A stretch of 64,000 bases of DNA, from NCBI GenBank assembly GCA_963844035.1, contig CAWJMT010000005.1, positions 160,001-224,000 of the forward strand. Direction: 5' to 3'. The notes below the pieces were generated by a model. That model did no database searches, had not been told where the DNA came from, and saw nothing but the letters and a program-made list of their open reading frames with translations. How positions within the stretch are numbered: the stretch's first letter is position 1; every line of letters begins with the position of its first letter. Shown here one piece after another: positions 1 through 12,292 of the stretch. The translations under genes were made by a program, and so were the position numbers. The DNA is from an uncultured Gemmatimonadales bacterium (GTDB taxonomy: Bacteria; Gemmatimonadota; Gemmatimonadetes; Gemmatimonadales; GWC2-71-9).

Positions 1-1114
1 GCTCGAGACGGCGCCCAAGGACCGGTCGCCGGTGCTCACGTTCATCGAGCCCTGGGACGACGCGTTGCTGGAGGAGGCGCTGGCGCGCGAGCTCGATCGC
101 GGGGGTCAGGTGTATTTCGTGCACAACCGGATCGAAACGATCGCGACGATCGCACAGCGTGTGGCGGCGTTGGCGCCGCCCCGCGCGCGTACCGCGGTCG
201 CGCATGGGCAGCTCAAGGAGGACGAGCTGGACGACGTGATGTCCCGGTTTGTGCGCGGCGAAGTGGACATCCTCGTGTCTACGATGATCGTGGAGTCCGG
301 GCTCGACGTCCCCAATGCCAACACGATGGTGGTGGACCGGGCGGACCAGTTTGGCCTGGCGCAGCTGTACCAGCTGCGCGGGCGCGTGGGGCGCAGCCAC
401 CGGCGGGCGTACTGCTATCTGCTCGCGCCCGATCTCATTGATCCGGATGCGGAGGAGCGGCTCCGCGTGTTGGAGCACCACACCGACCTGGGCTCAGGAT
501 ACCGCATCGCCCTGCGCGATCTCGAGCTGCGCGGCGCGGGCAACTTGCTCGGCGGCGAGCAGTCGGGTCACGCGCAGGCGGTCGGTTTCGACACCTACCT
601 GCGGTGGCTCGAGGAGACGGTGCGCGCGCTCAAGCGCGAGGGCGATCGCGCGCCGGCGAAGAGCGAGCCGCCGGATGTGACGCTCGATCAGCCGGCGTAC
701 CTCCCGGACGATTACGTCGGTGACGATGCGGCGAAGCTCGATCTCTACCGGCGGCTGGCGCGGGCCGACCAAGGGTGCGAGATTCAGGCGGTGCGCGAGG
801 AGTTACGCGATCGTTTCGGCCCGGTTCCGGCCGAGGCGGAGTGCCTGCTCCTCGTATCCGAGCTCCGCGCGCTTGGCGCCCAGGTGGGACTGGCGACGGT
901 CCTGATCAAGGGCGACGAGGCGCGGCTTACGTTTCGGGGTGGTGCACAGCCGCGGCTGGCGGGGCTCACCGCCGCGCTCGACGCGGTGCAGTTCGAGGCG
1001 GAGGTACGCCGGGCGATGCCGTTGTCCCTGCGGCTGCGCCGGCTGGGGGGAGAGGCGGTCGGGCCCGGACTGGTACGCGCCTTGACTGCCGTTCAGCAGG
1101 AAGACCGATCTTAG
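1..1114 (+). CDS. mfd: Transcription-repair coupling factor, C-terminal part (5' truncated by window)
   Basis: GGQVYFVHNRI, QLYQLRGRVGRS and DLELRGAGNLLG motifs; C-terminal TRCF domain (KLDLYRRLA). Confidence 0.97.
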   Translation, partial: LETAPKDRSPVLTFIEPWDDALLEEALARELDRGGQVYFVHNRIETIATIAQRVAALAPPRARTAVAHGQLKEDELDDVMSRFVRGEVDILVSTMIVESGLDVPNANTMVVDRADQFGLAQLYQLRGRVGRSHRRAYCYLLAPDLIDPDAEERLRVLEHHTDLGSGYRIALRDLELRGAGNLLGGEQSGHAQAVGFDTYLRWLEETVRALKREGDRAPAKSEPPDVTLDQPAYLPDDYVGDDAAKLDLYRRLARADQGCEIQAVREELRDRFGPVPAEAECLLLVSELRALGAQVGLATVLIKGDEARLTFRGGAQPRLAGLTAALDAVQFEAEVRRAMPLSLRLRRLGGEAVGPGLVRALTAVQQEDRS

Positions 1115-1121
1115 GAGACGG

Positions 1122-2568
1122 ATGCGACAACTGGGTTGCGCGCTGTTGATGCTGGCGCTCGCGGGGTGTGGCGCGCTGCGCGATGCCTTCTCGGCGCATG
1201 AACGTATCGTCGCTTCGTCCGCAGGACAGGATCTCACGGTAGAACAGCTCGCCGACTGGGTGATCCACGCGAAGAAGATTCAGCCGAGGCCGGAGACGTT
1301 CACGGCAGTCGCGACGCTGTACGTCGACTACATGGTCTACGCCGTGCAGCTTGCCAAGGGCACGGACATGTATGACTCCCTTCTCGTGCTCAAGGCCAAC
1401 TGGCCGCTGGCGTCGCAGCTCAAGTGGGATCAGTTTCACGAGCAGCTGCTGGCGACGCGCTCGGCGATCACGCCGGCGCAGGTGGATTCTGCCTACCAGG
1501 CGGGTACCATGCGCCTGTTCCAGCACATTCTCCTGCAGGTGCCCGCCGGCGCGGCACCCACGGTCCTCGATCAGAAACGCGCCGAGCTGGAGCGGGTGCT
1601 GCGGCAGGCGAAGGCGAAGCAGGGGAGCAATTTTGCGGCGCTGGCCAAGCTCCATTCCGACGATCCCGGGTCGAGGGCGGAGGGCGGGTACCTCCCGGCC
1701 TCGGGGAAGGGGCAGTTCGTGGTGCCGTTCGAAAACGCTGCCTGGGAGCTGCAGCCGGGGGGAATGAGCGGTGTGGTCCGCTCGCCGTTCGGCTTTCATA
1801 TCATCCGCCGGCCGCCGCTCGAGCGAGGTGCGGGAGCACTTCGGTGCCACCCTGGCCCAGCTGGCGGTGCAGCATTTCGACTCGATCTACGTGGACAGTC
1901 TCGCCGCACAGCGAAATGTGAAGGTCAAGGATGGGGCCCCCGCCCTGGTGCGCCAGGTGTTCCTCGACCTGGAGGGGGGCCGGAGGAACACCCGGACGCT
2001 CGTGACGTACAAAGGCGGGGCATTCCGGGTGAAGGATTTCGTGCGTTGGCTCTTTGCGCTCAATCCGGAGGAAGTACGGAGTCTCCCCAAGGCGAGCGAC
2101 GAGCAGCTGCGCAAGTTTCTCTTCGTGGCCACTCAGCGGGACCTGTTGCTCAAGCACGTGGACTCTTCCGGTGTGCAGCTCAGCGCCGACGACTGGAAAC
2201 AGATCCGCACCAGCCATGATTCCTCATTGTCGATTCTCAACGGCCAGCTCGGGATCTCCGCGAGCATGCTCACCGACTCCGGGCCCACGGTCGAGGCGCG
2301 CGTGCGGGTGGCGGCGGATCACGTGAAGGCCTATCTCGGTCGGCTGCTCAGCGGTGACGCGCGGTTTTTCCCCGTGCCGCCGTTCCTGGCCGTCAGCCTG
2401 CGGGAGAAGGAAACGTGGACTATCAATGCGGCGGGCGTGAGTGAGGCAGTCGATCGCGCCAAGGCGCAGCGCGCCTCACAGGACTCCCAGCAGCCGGGCG
2501 GCATGCGGCCCGCGCCCGGGCCTGCGCCGATCCCGCTCGATACGACCCCTCGTCGGACGATTCGCTGA
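1122..2568 (+). CDS. Parvulin-type peptidyl-prolyl isomerase lipoprotein (frameshift ~1825)
   Basis: Lipobox LAGC; HILL, SDDPGS..GG.L and SPFGFHII motifs; continues in ORF 1771-2568. Confidence 0.85.
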
Positions 2569-2569
2569 C

Positions 2570-3889
2570 ATGAGCCGCTCGGTGTGCCCCGTCCTGCTGG
2601 CGTTGCTCCTCGCGGGAGCCGGCACCGCGTCCGGCCAGGGCGAGACGACGGAGCCGCAATTCATCGACAAGATCATCGCCATCGTGGGCAACACGCCCAT
2701 CCTCGCGTCCCAGGTCGAGGAGCAGATCCTCATGGCCCAGTCGCAGGGGGGGAAGCTCCCCGACGATTCGGCCGGACGCGTGGCGATGCGGCGGCAGATG
2801 CTCGACAACATGATCGACGAAGAGCTCCTGGTGCAGCAGGCCAGCCGTGACACGAGCATCCGGCTGACGGAGCAGGAAATCCAGGATCAGGTCGAGAAAA
2901 CGGTGACGAACGTCCGCAGACAGTTCACCAACGAGCTCGACTTCGAGACCCAGCTGCGCGCGGCGGGGTTCGCGTCCGAAGAGGAGTGGCGTCGGTGGCT
3001 GGCGGACACACAGCGCCGCACGATCCAGCAGCAGCGCCTCATCGAGTCACTGCGGACCAGGGGGAAGCTGCGCCCGATCCCGCCCACCGATGAGCAGATG
3101 CGTGAGTACTGGGACGAAAGCGCCGCGCAGCGGCCCAAACACCCGCCGCTCGTTTCGTTCCGGCAGATCGTGATCGTGGTCCAGCCGGACCCCGCATCCG
3201 TGACGAGGACGCGCGCGCTGGCGGAGTCGCTCAAAGTGGCGCTGCGCGCCGGCGCCAGTTTCGCGGAGGTCGCGAGGGGATTCTCTGCCGATAGCGCCAC
3301 GCGGTCTCAGGGCGGCGAGCTCGGCTGGTTCCGCCGCGGCGTGATGGTCAAGGCCTTCGAAGACGCCGCGTTCCGGCTCCGGCCCGGCCAGATCTCCGAG
3401 GTGGTGCAGTCGCCGTTCGGGTACCACATCATCCAGGTAGAGCGGATCGAGCCCGCCGAAATCCAGGCGCGACACATCCTGCTCCAGCCGCGCATCCTGC
3501 CCCCGCAGGTGGAGATCGCGCGCCAGATCGCCGACTCCATCGGGAGGGCGCTCACCAACGGGGCGCACTTCGACACGTACCAGCGTATCTACTCCGATCC
3601 CGAGGAGCCCCCGTTACGGGAATCCGTGCCGATCGGCGAGCTGCATGCCGACTACGTCAAGGCCATCGGCAAGGACACGGTGCCCGGCGTCCTGCCCGCG
3701 TTCGAGATCGACGCGAATACCGCGCGGCCCAGATTCGTCGTGATCGAGATTACGAAGTGGGAGCCGGAGGGAGATCTGAAGTTCGAGGACGTCAAGGAAC
3801 GACTCCGCACCCAGGTGGGCCAACAGCTCGCCATCAAAGCGTACATCGCCAACCTGCGCCGCACGTACTACGTCGCCTTCTACCCCTAG
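2570..3889 (+). CDS. surA: SurA-like chaperone/PPIase
   Basis: Signal peptide, DKIIAIVG N-domain, GGELGWF..G.MVKAFE and SPFGYHII; lies directly upstream of pdxA. Confidence 0.85.
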   Translation: MSRSVCPVLLALLLAGAGTASGQGETTEPQFIDKIIAIVGNTPILASQVEEQILMAQSQGGKLPDDSAGRVAMRRQMLDNMIDEELLVQQASRDTSIRLTEQEIQDQVEKTVTNVRRQFTNELDFETQLRAAGFASEEEWRRWLADTQRRTIQQQRLIESLRTRGKLRPIPPTDEQMREYWDESAAQRPKHPPLVSFRQIVIVVQPDPASVTRTRALAESLKVALRAGASFAEVARGFSADSATRSQGGELGWFRRGVMVKAFEDAAFRLRPGQISEVVQSPFGYHIIQVERIEPAEIQARHILLQPRILPPQVEIARQIADSIGRALTNGAHFDTYQRIYSDPEEPPLRESVPIGELHADYVKAIGKDTVPGVLPAFEIDANTARPRFVVIEITKWEPEGDLKFEDVKERLRTQVGQQLAIKAYIANLRRTYYVAFYP

Positions 3890-4833
3890 CCGGCCGGCAA
3901 CCCCGCCTCGCCGTCACGCTCGGCGATCCGCGGGGGATCGGACCTGAAGTTGTCGCACGCGCCCTCGCCTCACCGCTGAACGCCGACATCACCGTGATCG
4001 GGGCGGATGACCAGATCGCGGAATTCGCCGCGGTACGGAAGATCGGTGTCGGAGTTTGGGGAAGAGGGAAGGGGGAAGAGGGAAGGGTGGAGCTCGACGG
4101 TACTCCTCCCTCTTCCCTCGTCCCCCTTCCCGTTCTCGCCGGCCAGATCGCCGGCCGCAGCGTCGAGGCCGCTGTCCGTCTGGCGCTCGCCGGGGAAGTG
4201 GACGCCATCGTGACCGGCCCGGTGCACAAGCATGCGCTGCACCTTGCGGGGTTTCGCTATCCCGGACTGACCGAATTCCTCGCGCATCTCGCGGGCGATG
4301 CCGATGTGGCGATGATGCTGGCCACCGGCGCGCTGCGCGTGGTGCTCGTCACCACCCACCTGCCGCTCCGCGACGTCCCTTCAGCAGTGACCACCGAACG
4401 CACCGTGCGGATCGGACGGATCACCGCGGCGGCGCTGCAACGCTGGTGGGGGATCAGCCGGCCCCGTCTCGCCCTGTGCGCCCTCAATCCCCACGCCGGG
4501 GAGTCCGGGCTGTTCGGCGACGAGGACGAGCGCGTGCTCCGACCGGCGGCGCAAACGTTGGGAGCGGCCGGCCCACTGCCCGCCGATACGGTGTTCGTGC
4601 GCGCGCTCCGGGGAGAGTTCGACGCCGTGCTCGCGCCGTATCACGACGTGGGAATGACCGCGATCAAGGTCGCCGGGTTCGGCAAGGGTGTGAACATCAC
4701 CCTCGGGCTTCCGTTTCCGCGCGTCGCGCCGGATCACGGAACCGCGTTCGACATCGCCGGGAAGGGAGTGGCGGACGCCGGGTCGATGCGGGCGGCCTTG
4801 GAGCTGGGGGTGGAGTTGGCGGGAAGAGGCTAG
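3890..4833 (+). CDS. pdxA: 4-hydroxythreonine-4-phosphate dehydrogenase (start codon not evident)
   Basis: TLGDPRGIGPE, LNPHAGE.G, PADT.F, YHD and PDHGTAFDIAG motifs. Confidence 0.93.
4058..4131. repeat. GGGAAG(A/G) heptamer tandem plus inverted copy, in-frame inside pdxA
   Basis: gggaagagggaagggggaagagggaaggg...tccctcttccctcgtcccccttccc. Confidence 0.8.
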
Positions 4834-4910
4834 ACGCCAAGACGCTAAGACGCGACGACGCTGCGACGTGCCGTCTAGCGTCGTCTTAGCGTCTTACCGT
4901 CGTAGCGTCT
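4830..4910. repeat. Imperfect AAGACGCT/AGCGTCTT octamer inverted repeat between convergent pdxA and hisG (possible bidirectional terminator)
   Basis: agacgccaagacgctaagacgc...gcgtcgtcttagcgtcttaccgtcgtagcgtct. Confidence 0.7.
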
Positions 4911-5527
4911 GACAGCTTCTTCAGCAACTGCTGGTGCAACTCTAGCTTCAGTTTCTGGCTCGCCCGATTCACCACCACCACCGCTCCCACGCGCAGGATT
5001 TCCGCCCGCTCCACGAGGCCGTTGTCCTTGAGCGTGCGACCGGTTTCGACGAGGTCGACGATCCAGTGGGACAGGCCGAGCAGCGGCGCGACCTCGACCG
5101 AGCCGGTCACCGTGATCACTTCCACGCCGAGCCCCGTCTCGGCAAAGAATGCCCGGGTGAGGTGCGGATATTTGGTCGCGACGCGCGTGGTCATCCCTCC
5201 CGGCAGCGATGGGAAGGGGACGTGCTCCGGGCTTGCGACCACCAACCGGCAGGCTCCGAACCCGAGGGCGAGCGGCTCGAGCACGTCACTATCGGCCTCG
5301 CGCAGCACGTCCGTGCCGACAATCCCCAGGTCCGCAGCGCCCGACTCGACATAGACCGGCACGTCGGCCGGCTTGACGAGCATGAACGCCAGCGCGCCGT
5401 CCGCCGACGGGACCAGCAACCGGCGCGTCGTGGCCAGGTCGGGGACGTCGACCCCCGCGTCACGGAACAGGGCGAGCGTCGGCTCGAGCAACCGACCCTT
5501 GGCGAGGGCGATGTTCAGCGGCTTCAT
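4886..5527 (-). CDS. hisG: ATP phosphoribosyltransferase, short form
   Basis: IALAKGRL, DVPVYVE.G.ADLGIVG.D, VATKYP and IVDLVETG.TL motifs. Confidence 0.96.
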   Translation of the reverse strand: MKPLNIALAKGRLLEPTLALFRDAGVDVPDLATTRRLLVPSADGALAFMLVKPADVPVYVESGAADLGIVGTDVLREADSDVLEPLALGFGACRLVVASPEHVPFPSLPGGMTTRVATKYPHLTRAFFAETGLGVEVITVTGSVEVAPLLGLSHWIVDLVETGRTLKDNGLVERAEILRVGAVVVVNRASQKLKLELHQQLLKKLSDATTVRR

Positions 5528-6468
5528 GGCACGGCTTCCGTGATGGCGTCGAGGTCGAGCGCCAGCCCGACCGCGGGGAGCGGCCTCCCGAACCGGGCCA
5601 CGAGGTCGTCGTAGCGCCCGCCTGCGCCGACGGCTGCGCCGGCGCCCGCGACGAACAGCTCGAACTGGATTCCCGTGTAGTAGTCGAGCCCCCGGACTTC
5701 ACCAAAGTCGTACACGACGTGGCGCCGCTCGTCGGCGGTGAGCGCGGCATCGATCGCGCGCAGCCGTTCGATCGCGTCGCGGGCCTCCGGCGCCACCTGC
5801 GTGGCGCGGTCCAGCGCGTCGCGCCGGCCGATGACGAACGGGAGGGTGCGGAGCGCGCCGGTGGCGACGGCCGCGAGCCCGGCGGCATCCTTGCGGTCGA
5901 TGAGCCGGCGCACCGCCGCGCGCTCGGCGGGGGGCAGCGCAGCCAGGGCCGGAGCGAGCGCGCCCACGTGGCCCAGGTTCACCTGGTATTCCTGGATCCC
6001 TGCGCCGCGCGTCAGCTCGAGCGCGAGCCGAATGATTTCCACGTCGGCCTTGACGCTGCCGTCCCCGAGCAGCTCGCCACCGGTTTGCAGGATCTCCCGC
6101 GGACGCCTGCCTTCGCGCCCCGGATCTTGCCGGAACACGTTGCCGGTGTAGCAGACGCGAAGCGGCGTGGCGCGGTCCGACAGCTTGGTCGCCGCCAGCC
6201 GGGCGGCGCTGGCGGTGAAATCGTAGCGCAGCGCCAGGAGCTGGCCGTCGAGATCCAGGAACCGAATGAGCTTGTCCGCCACGTCGGGCCCGCCGGCGCG
6301 CACGAACACCTCGGCGTATTCGAACGTGGGCGGGATGATCTCCTCGTAGCCGGCGGCCTCGAGGCGCTCCAGCATCTGGCGTTGCAGCTGTCGGCGGCGC
6401 CGGACCGCTTCCCCCGCCAGGTCGAGGGCGCCGGGCGGGATCGGGGCGATGCTCGAGCGCAGCTTCAC
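5524..6468 (-). CDS. hisZ: ATP phosphoribosyltransferase regulatory subunit
   Basis: HisRS-like motifs LRYDFT, REILQTG.E, RGLDYYTG and GGRYD; adjacent to short hisG. Confidence 0.93.
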   Translation of the reverse strand: MKLRSSIAPIPPGALDLAGEAVRRRRQLQRQMLERLEAAGYEEIIPPTFEYAEVFVRAGGPDVADKLIRFLDLDGQLLALRYDFTASAARLAATKLSDRATPLRVCYTGNVFRQDPGREGRRPREILQTGGELLGDGSVKADVEIIRLALELTRGAGIQEYQVNLGHVGALAPALAALPPAERAAVRRLIDRKDAAGLAAVATGALRTLPFVIGRRDALDRATQVAPEARDAIERLRAIDAALTADERRHVVYDFGEVRGLDYYTGIQFELFVAGAGAAVGAGGRYDDLVARFGRPLPAVGLALDLDAITEAVP

Positions 6469-7793
6469 GCCGACACCGCCCGCGTGAGCAGCCGCACCGT
6501 GCCGACCCGGCGGCCCTCCATCGTCACAATCTCGAATTCAGCGCCGGGCAACGCGATACGGTCGCCGATCTTGGGGAGGCGGCCCAGGGTCCCGAACAAC
6601 AGGCCCCCGAGGGTCGTGTACGCCGCGTCGTCGAGCGCGAGGCCGTAGGCATTGTTGACCTCCTCGATCGCCATCGAGCCCGGCAGCACCGGCGCGGATT
6701 CCGCGCCGGGGGTCGCGGGCCGGGGCTCGGCGCGGTCGTACTCGTCGTAGATCTGCCCGACGATCTCCTCGAGCAGGTCTTCCATGGTCACGAGCCCTGC
6801 CGTGCCGCCGTACTCGTCGAGCACGATCGCGAGCTGAATTTTCTGGCGCCGCATGTCGGCCAACACGTCTTCCACCTCGCGCGTGCCGGGCACGAACACC
6901 GCCGGCCGCAGAATCGCCTGCAGGGTGTCGCCGGTGCCGGAGCGTACGACGGCGAGCATGTCCTTGGCGTGCACGGTGCCCACGATGTCGTCGAGCGACT
7001 CGCCGAACACCGGGTAGCGCGAGCGCCCGGCCAGGGCCACGCGATCCGCGGCCTCCTCGCAGGTGAGGGTGAGCGGCAGCGCGATCATTTCGGTGCGGGG
7101 CGTCATCACGTCCCGCGCTTTCTTATTGCTGAATTCGAACACGCCCTCGAGCAGCCGCGCATCGCCCGAGTCGAGGGAGCCGCGCTTCTCGCTTTGCTCA
7201 ACCAGCATGCGGATCTCCTCCGGTGAGTGAATGCGCTCGAGCTCCGACGTGGTCCCGGTGAGACCGATCAGGCGCCCGGCGCGGCGCGAGCTCCAGTCCA
7301 GCAGGTTCGTGAACGGCCGCGTGACCCACGAGAACAGGATCAACGGGGCTGCGATCCAAAGGCTGGTCCGCTCCGGGTGCGTGATCGCCCAGGACTTGGG
7401 CAGCTGCTCGCCGACGACGACGTGCAGGAACGAAATTATCGTAAGCGCCACGGTGGAGGTGACGCCCGCCCGTGTGAGGAAGCTCAGCGCCGGCGGCAGT
7501 GCCGCAAACCACCCGCGAAACAACTCGGCGACCGTATCTTCAGCGACGAACCCCAGCATGATCGAGGCGACGGTGATGCCAAGCTGGGCGGCGGAGAGCT
7601 GACGGTAGAGGTCTTGCAGCGCCTTCAGCACCGTCTTAGCCTTCCGGTCGCCATCGCGGGCCAGCGCCTCGATCCGAGTACGCCGCGCGGCGACCAGTGC
7701 GAATTCTGCCGCCACGAAAAACGCGTTCGCCGCGACCAGCAAGACGACGGCGAGCAGACGGAGCGCGAGGGACCCGACTTCTGGTTCGGTCAT
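6465..7793 (-). CDS. Hemolysin/CNNM family protein (DUF21 + 2 CBS + CorC domains)
   Basis: NAFFVAAEFA, QLGIT, GEQLPK, VMTPR and DEYGGTAGLVTMEDLLEEIVG motifs. Confidence 0.93.
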   Translation of the reverse strand: MTEPEVGSLALRLLAVVLLVAANAFFVAAEFALVAARRTRIEALARDGDRKAKTVLKALQDLYRQLSAAQLGITVASIMLGFVAEDTVAELFRGWFAALPPALSFLTRAGVTSTVALTIISFLHVVVGEQLPKSWAITHPERTSLWIAAPLILFSWVTRPFTNLLDWSSRRAGRLIGLTGTTSELERIHSPEEIRMLVEQSEKRGSLDSGDARLLEGVFEFSNKKARDVMTPRTEMIALPLTLTCEEAADRVALAGRSRYPVFGESLDDIVGTVHAKDMLAVVRSGTGDTLQAILRPAVFVPGTREVEDVLADMRRQKIQLAIVLDEYGGTAGLVTMEDLLEEIVGQIYDEYDRAEPRPATPGAESAPVLPGSMAIEEVNNAYGLALDDAAYTTLGGLLFGTLGRLPKIGDRIALPGAEFEIVTMEGRRVGTVRLLTRAVSA

Positions 7794-7815
7794 GAGACTC
7801 GCGAAAAGCTAGCCG

Positions 7816-9115
7816 GTGCTCACTCGACTTCAAGCGCCGCCGTACGACGCCCTGGCGCCGCATCTTGCGAAAGCAGCCGCCGCTGATAGCGAAACGGCTG
7901 TCGCGGTGAGCGCCATCGTCGCCGACGTCCGGGCGCGCGGGGACGACGCCGTGCGGGACCACACCCGGCGGCTGGACGGCCGGGACCTCGCGCCGGCGGA
8001 GTGGGAGGTGCCAGGTGCCTGGCAGGCGGCGTCCGCAGCGCTCGCGCCGGCGCTCCGGCCGCGCTGCGTGCGGCGGTCGCCCGGGTCCGGGCCTACCACG
8101 AGCGCCAGGCGCAGGCGAACGCGGGCTTTCTCGACCGCGATGCGCAGGGCAACACCCTCGGTATGCGCGTCGTGCCGCTCGAGCGCGTGGGCGTCTACGT
8201 GCCCGGCGGCAAGGCTTCCTACCCGTCCACCGTCATCATGAACGTCGTTCCGGCCGTGGTGGCGGGAGTGACGGACATTGTGATGGTGACTCCGGCGGGC
8301 GGAGTGAACGACGCGGTGCTCGCCGCGGCCGAGCTCGCGGGCGTGACGCGCCTGTTCCAGATCGGCGGCGCGCAGGCGATCGCGGCGCTCGCATTCGGCA
8401 CCCGCACGCTGCCCCGTGTCGACAAGATCGTGGGGCCGGGCAACCGGTTCGTCACCGAAGCGAAGCGCCAGGTGGCTGGGGCGGTCGGCATCGACATGCT
8501 CGCCGGGCCCACCGAGGTCCTCATCATCGCTGATCGCACCGCCGACGTGCGGTACGTGGCGGCCGACCTGATCGCCCAGGCGGAGCACGACGAGGACGCC
8601 GCCGCGTGGTGCGTCACGCCGAGCGCCGAGCTGGCCGCCGCCCTCGACGGGGAGTTGGCGCGCCAGGTGGCGCGCTCGCCGCGGCGCGCGATCGTCGAGC
8701 GGTCGCTCGCCGCGCATGGCGTGCTGGTCCTGGTTCCCGACCTGGAGGCGGCCGTCGAGGTCGCGAACCGGCGGGCTCCCGAGCACCTCGAGCTCATGGT
8801 CGCGGATCCCTGGCCGCTGGTGGATCGGATCCGGCACGCGGGCGCCGTGTTCGTCGGCAGCACCACCCCGGAGCCGGTCGGCGACTACCTCGCCGGCCCC
8901 TCGCACGTGTTGCCCACCGGCGGCACGGCGCGGTTCGTGTCCCCGCTCGGCGTCTACGACTTCGTGAAGCGGATCAGCGTCATCTCCTACACGGCGGAGC
9001 GCCTGGCGGCGGATGCTGGCCACATCATCGCGCTGGCGGAGGCCGAAGGATTGCCCGGGCACGCGGAGGCGGTGCGAGTAAGATTGGAAGGGGAAGAGGG
9101 AAGAGGGAAGAGTGA
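7816..9115 (+). CDS. hisD: Histidinol dehydrogenase (frameshifts ~8055 and ~9090)
   Basis: VGVYVPGG, KIVGPGN, AGPTE, QAEHD, APEHLE and GPSHVLPTGG motifs. Confidence 0.96.
9086..9111. repeat. GGGAAGA heptamer tandem forming the hisD C-terminal tail
   Basis: ggaaggggaagagggaagagggaaga. Confidence 0.7.
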
Positions 9116-10009
9116 GCGCAACGCTGCCGTTCGAAGTGCAGTGCACGCACCGCGCGCCGCCCAGCCGCGAGAGCCAGCGGCGCATGGGGGTCGTGCTGGC
9201 GATTACTGCGGCCGTGATGGTCGCCGAAGCCGTCGGCGGTTGGCTGGCGCACTCGCTGGCGCTCCTGGCCGACGCGGGGCACATGCTCGCCGACGTGGCG
9301 GCCCTTGGCCTGTCGCTGGTGGTGATGGCACTCGCACGCCGGCCCGCGACAGCGGAGCGCACGTTCGGCCTGCTGCGCCTCGAGATTCTGGCGGCACTCG
9401 TGAACGGGGCGGCGCTCATCGCCATTTCGATCGGGATTGCGATCGAGGCGTATCATCGCTTCCACGCCCCGCGGGAAGTGCACGGCGGGACTGTTGATCG
9501 GCATCGCGGCGCTGGGCTTGGCCGCCAACGTAGCCGGCGCGGCGATCCTGCACCGCGGGCCACGATCACTCGCTCAACCAGCGCGGGGCCTACCTTCATA
9601 TCCTCAGCGACCTCCTGGGCTCGCTCGGTGCCCTCGCGGCCGGTGCGATCATCCTCACGACCGGGTGGGTGCAGGCCGACCCGATCATCTCGATTGTGAT
9701 TTCCCTCCTTATTCTTGGCGGCGCCTGGCGGCTGGTGCGGGAGAGCGCCGACGTGCTGCTCGAGGCGGCGCCGGCGCACATCCGCTGGGGGACGTGCACG
9801 ATCGGCTGGCATCGGTGCCGGGCGTCACGTCGGTGCACGACCTGCACGTCTGGACCGTGACGAGCGGCGTGATCGCGATGAGCGGTCATTTGGTGGTGCA
9901 AAACCCCGCCGACAACCAGCGCGTGCTCGAGGCCGTGCAGCGGCGCCTGGGCGCCATGGGGATCGGGCACGTCACCGTGCAGATGGAGAAGGACCCGACA
10001 TGTGAGTGA
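9112..10009 (+). CDS. Cation diffusion facilitator (CzcD/ZitB-like; several frameshifts)
   Basis: SLALLADAGHML.D, TFG..RLEILAA, HDLHVW and H.TVQME motifs. Confidence 0.92.
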
Positions 10010-10087
10010 CGGCGGCCCTTGACCGCCCTCCGCCGACCCCCCTATACTGCGCGCTCTCACAGCCTGCCCCCGAAGGATGCTAACTCC

Positions 10088-11935
<1,848 letters not shown>

Positions 11936-11970
11936 GGCTCGTTCAACCACAACCTTAGCTGGGGGTGACA

Positions 11971-12222
11971 ATGTTGTCCCGTGAGACGTCGGACTGGTCG
12001 CTCAAGCGTCGCAGCGGCGGTCATGACGATGAGAGTTTCGAGGAGTTCGAAGAGGACAAGGAACTCACCGACGACTTCGACGACGAGCTGGACGAGGACG
12101 AGCTCGACGACGACGATTCGGACGACCTGGACGAGTACGACGAGCTGGACGACGAGTTCGACGAGGACGACGACGACGACTCCCGCCCGAAGAAGGGCCC
12201 GCGGCGCGAGGGGTGGGAGTGA
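11971..12222 (+). CDS. Small, extremely acidic low-complexity protein
   Basis: Open frame with D/E tract in GAC/GAG codons, followed by a terminator-like hairpin. Confidence 0.7.
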   Translation: MLSRETSDWSLKRRSGGHDDESFEEFEEDKELTDDFDDELDEDELDDDDSDDLDEYDELDDEFDEDDDDDSRPKKGPRREGWE

Positions 12223-12229
12223 CGACGTA

Positions 12230-12266
12230 GACGGCCGGCGTGCATCCGCCGGCCGTCACGCGTTTT
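12230..12266 (+). terminator. Intrinsic terminator-like hairpin
   Basis: GACGGCCGGCG-tgcatc-CGCCGGCCGTC followed by a short T run. Confidence 0.6.
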
Positions 12267-12292
12267 AGGGCGAGCACTCCGGGTAGGCGGGA

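Noticed and set aside
8001..9497. HisD with a long C-terminal extension
   Set aside because: Adding one G to the G run near 9090, as in other heptamer copies, gives a TGA at 9113-9115 overlapping the CDF start.
12021..12245. Poly-Ser minus-strand ORF
   Set aside because: Reverse complement of the GAC/GAG codons of the acidic protein.
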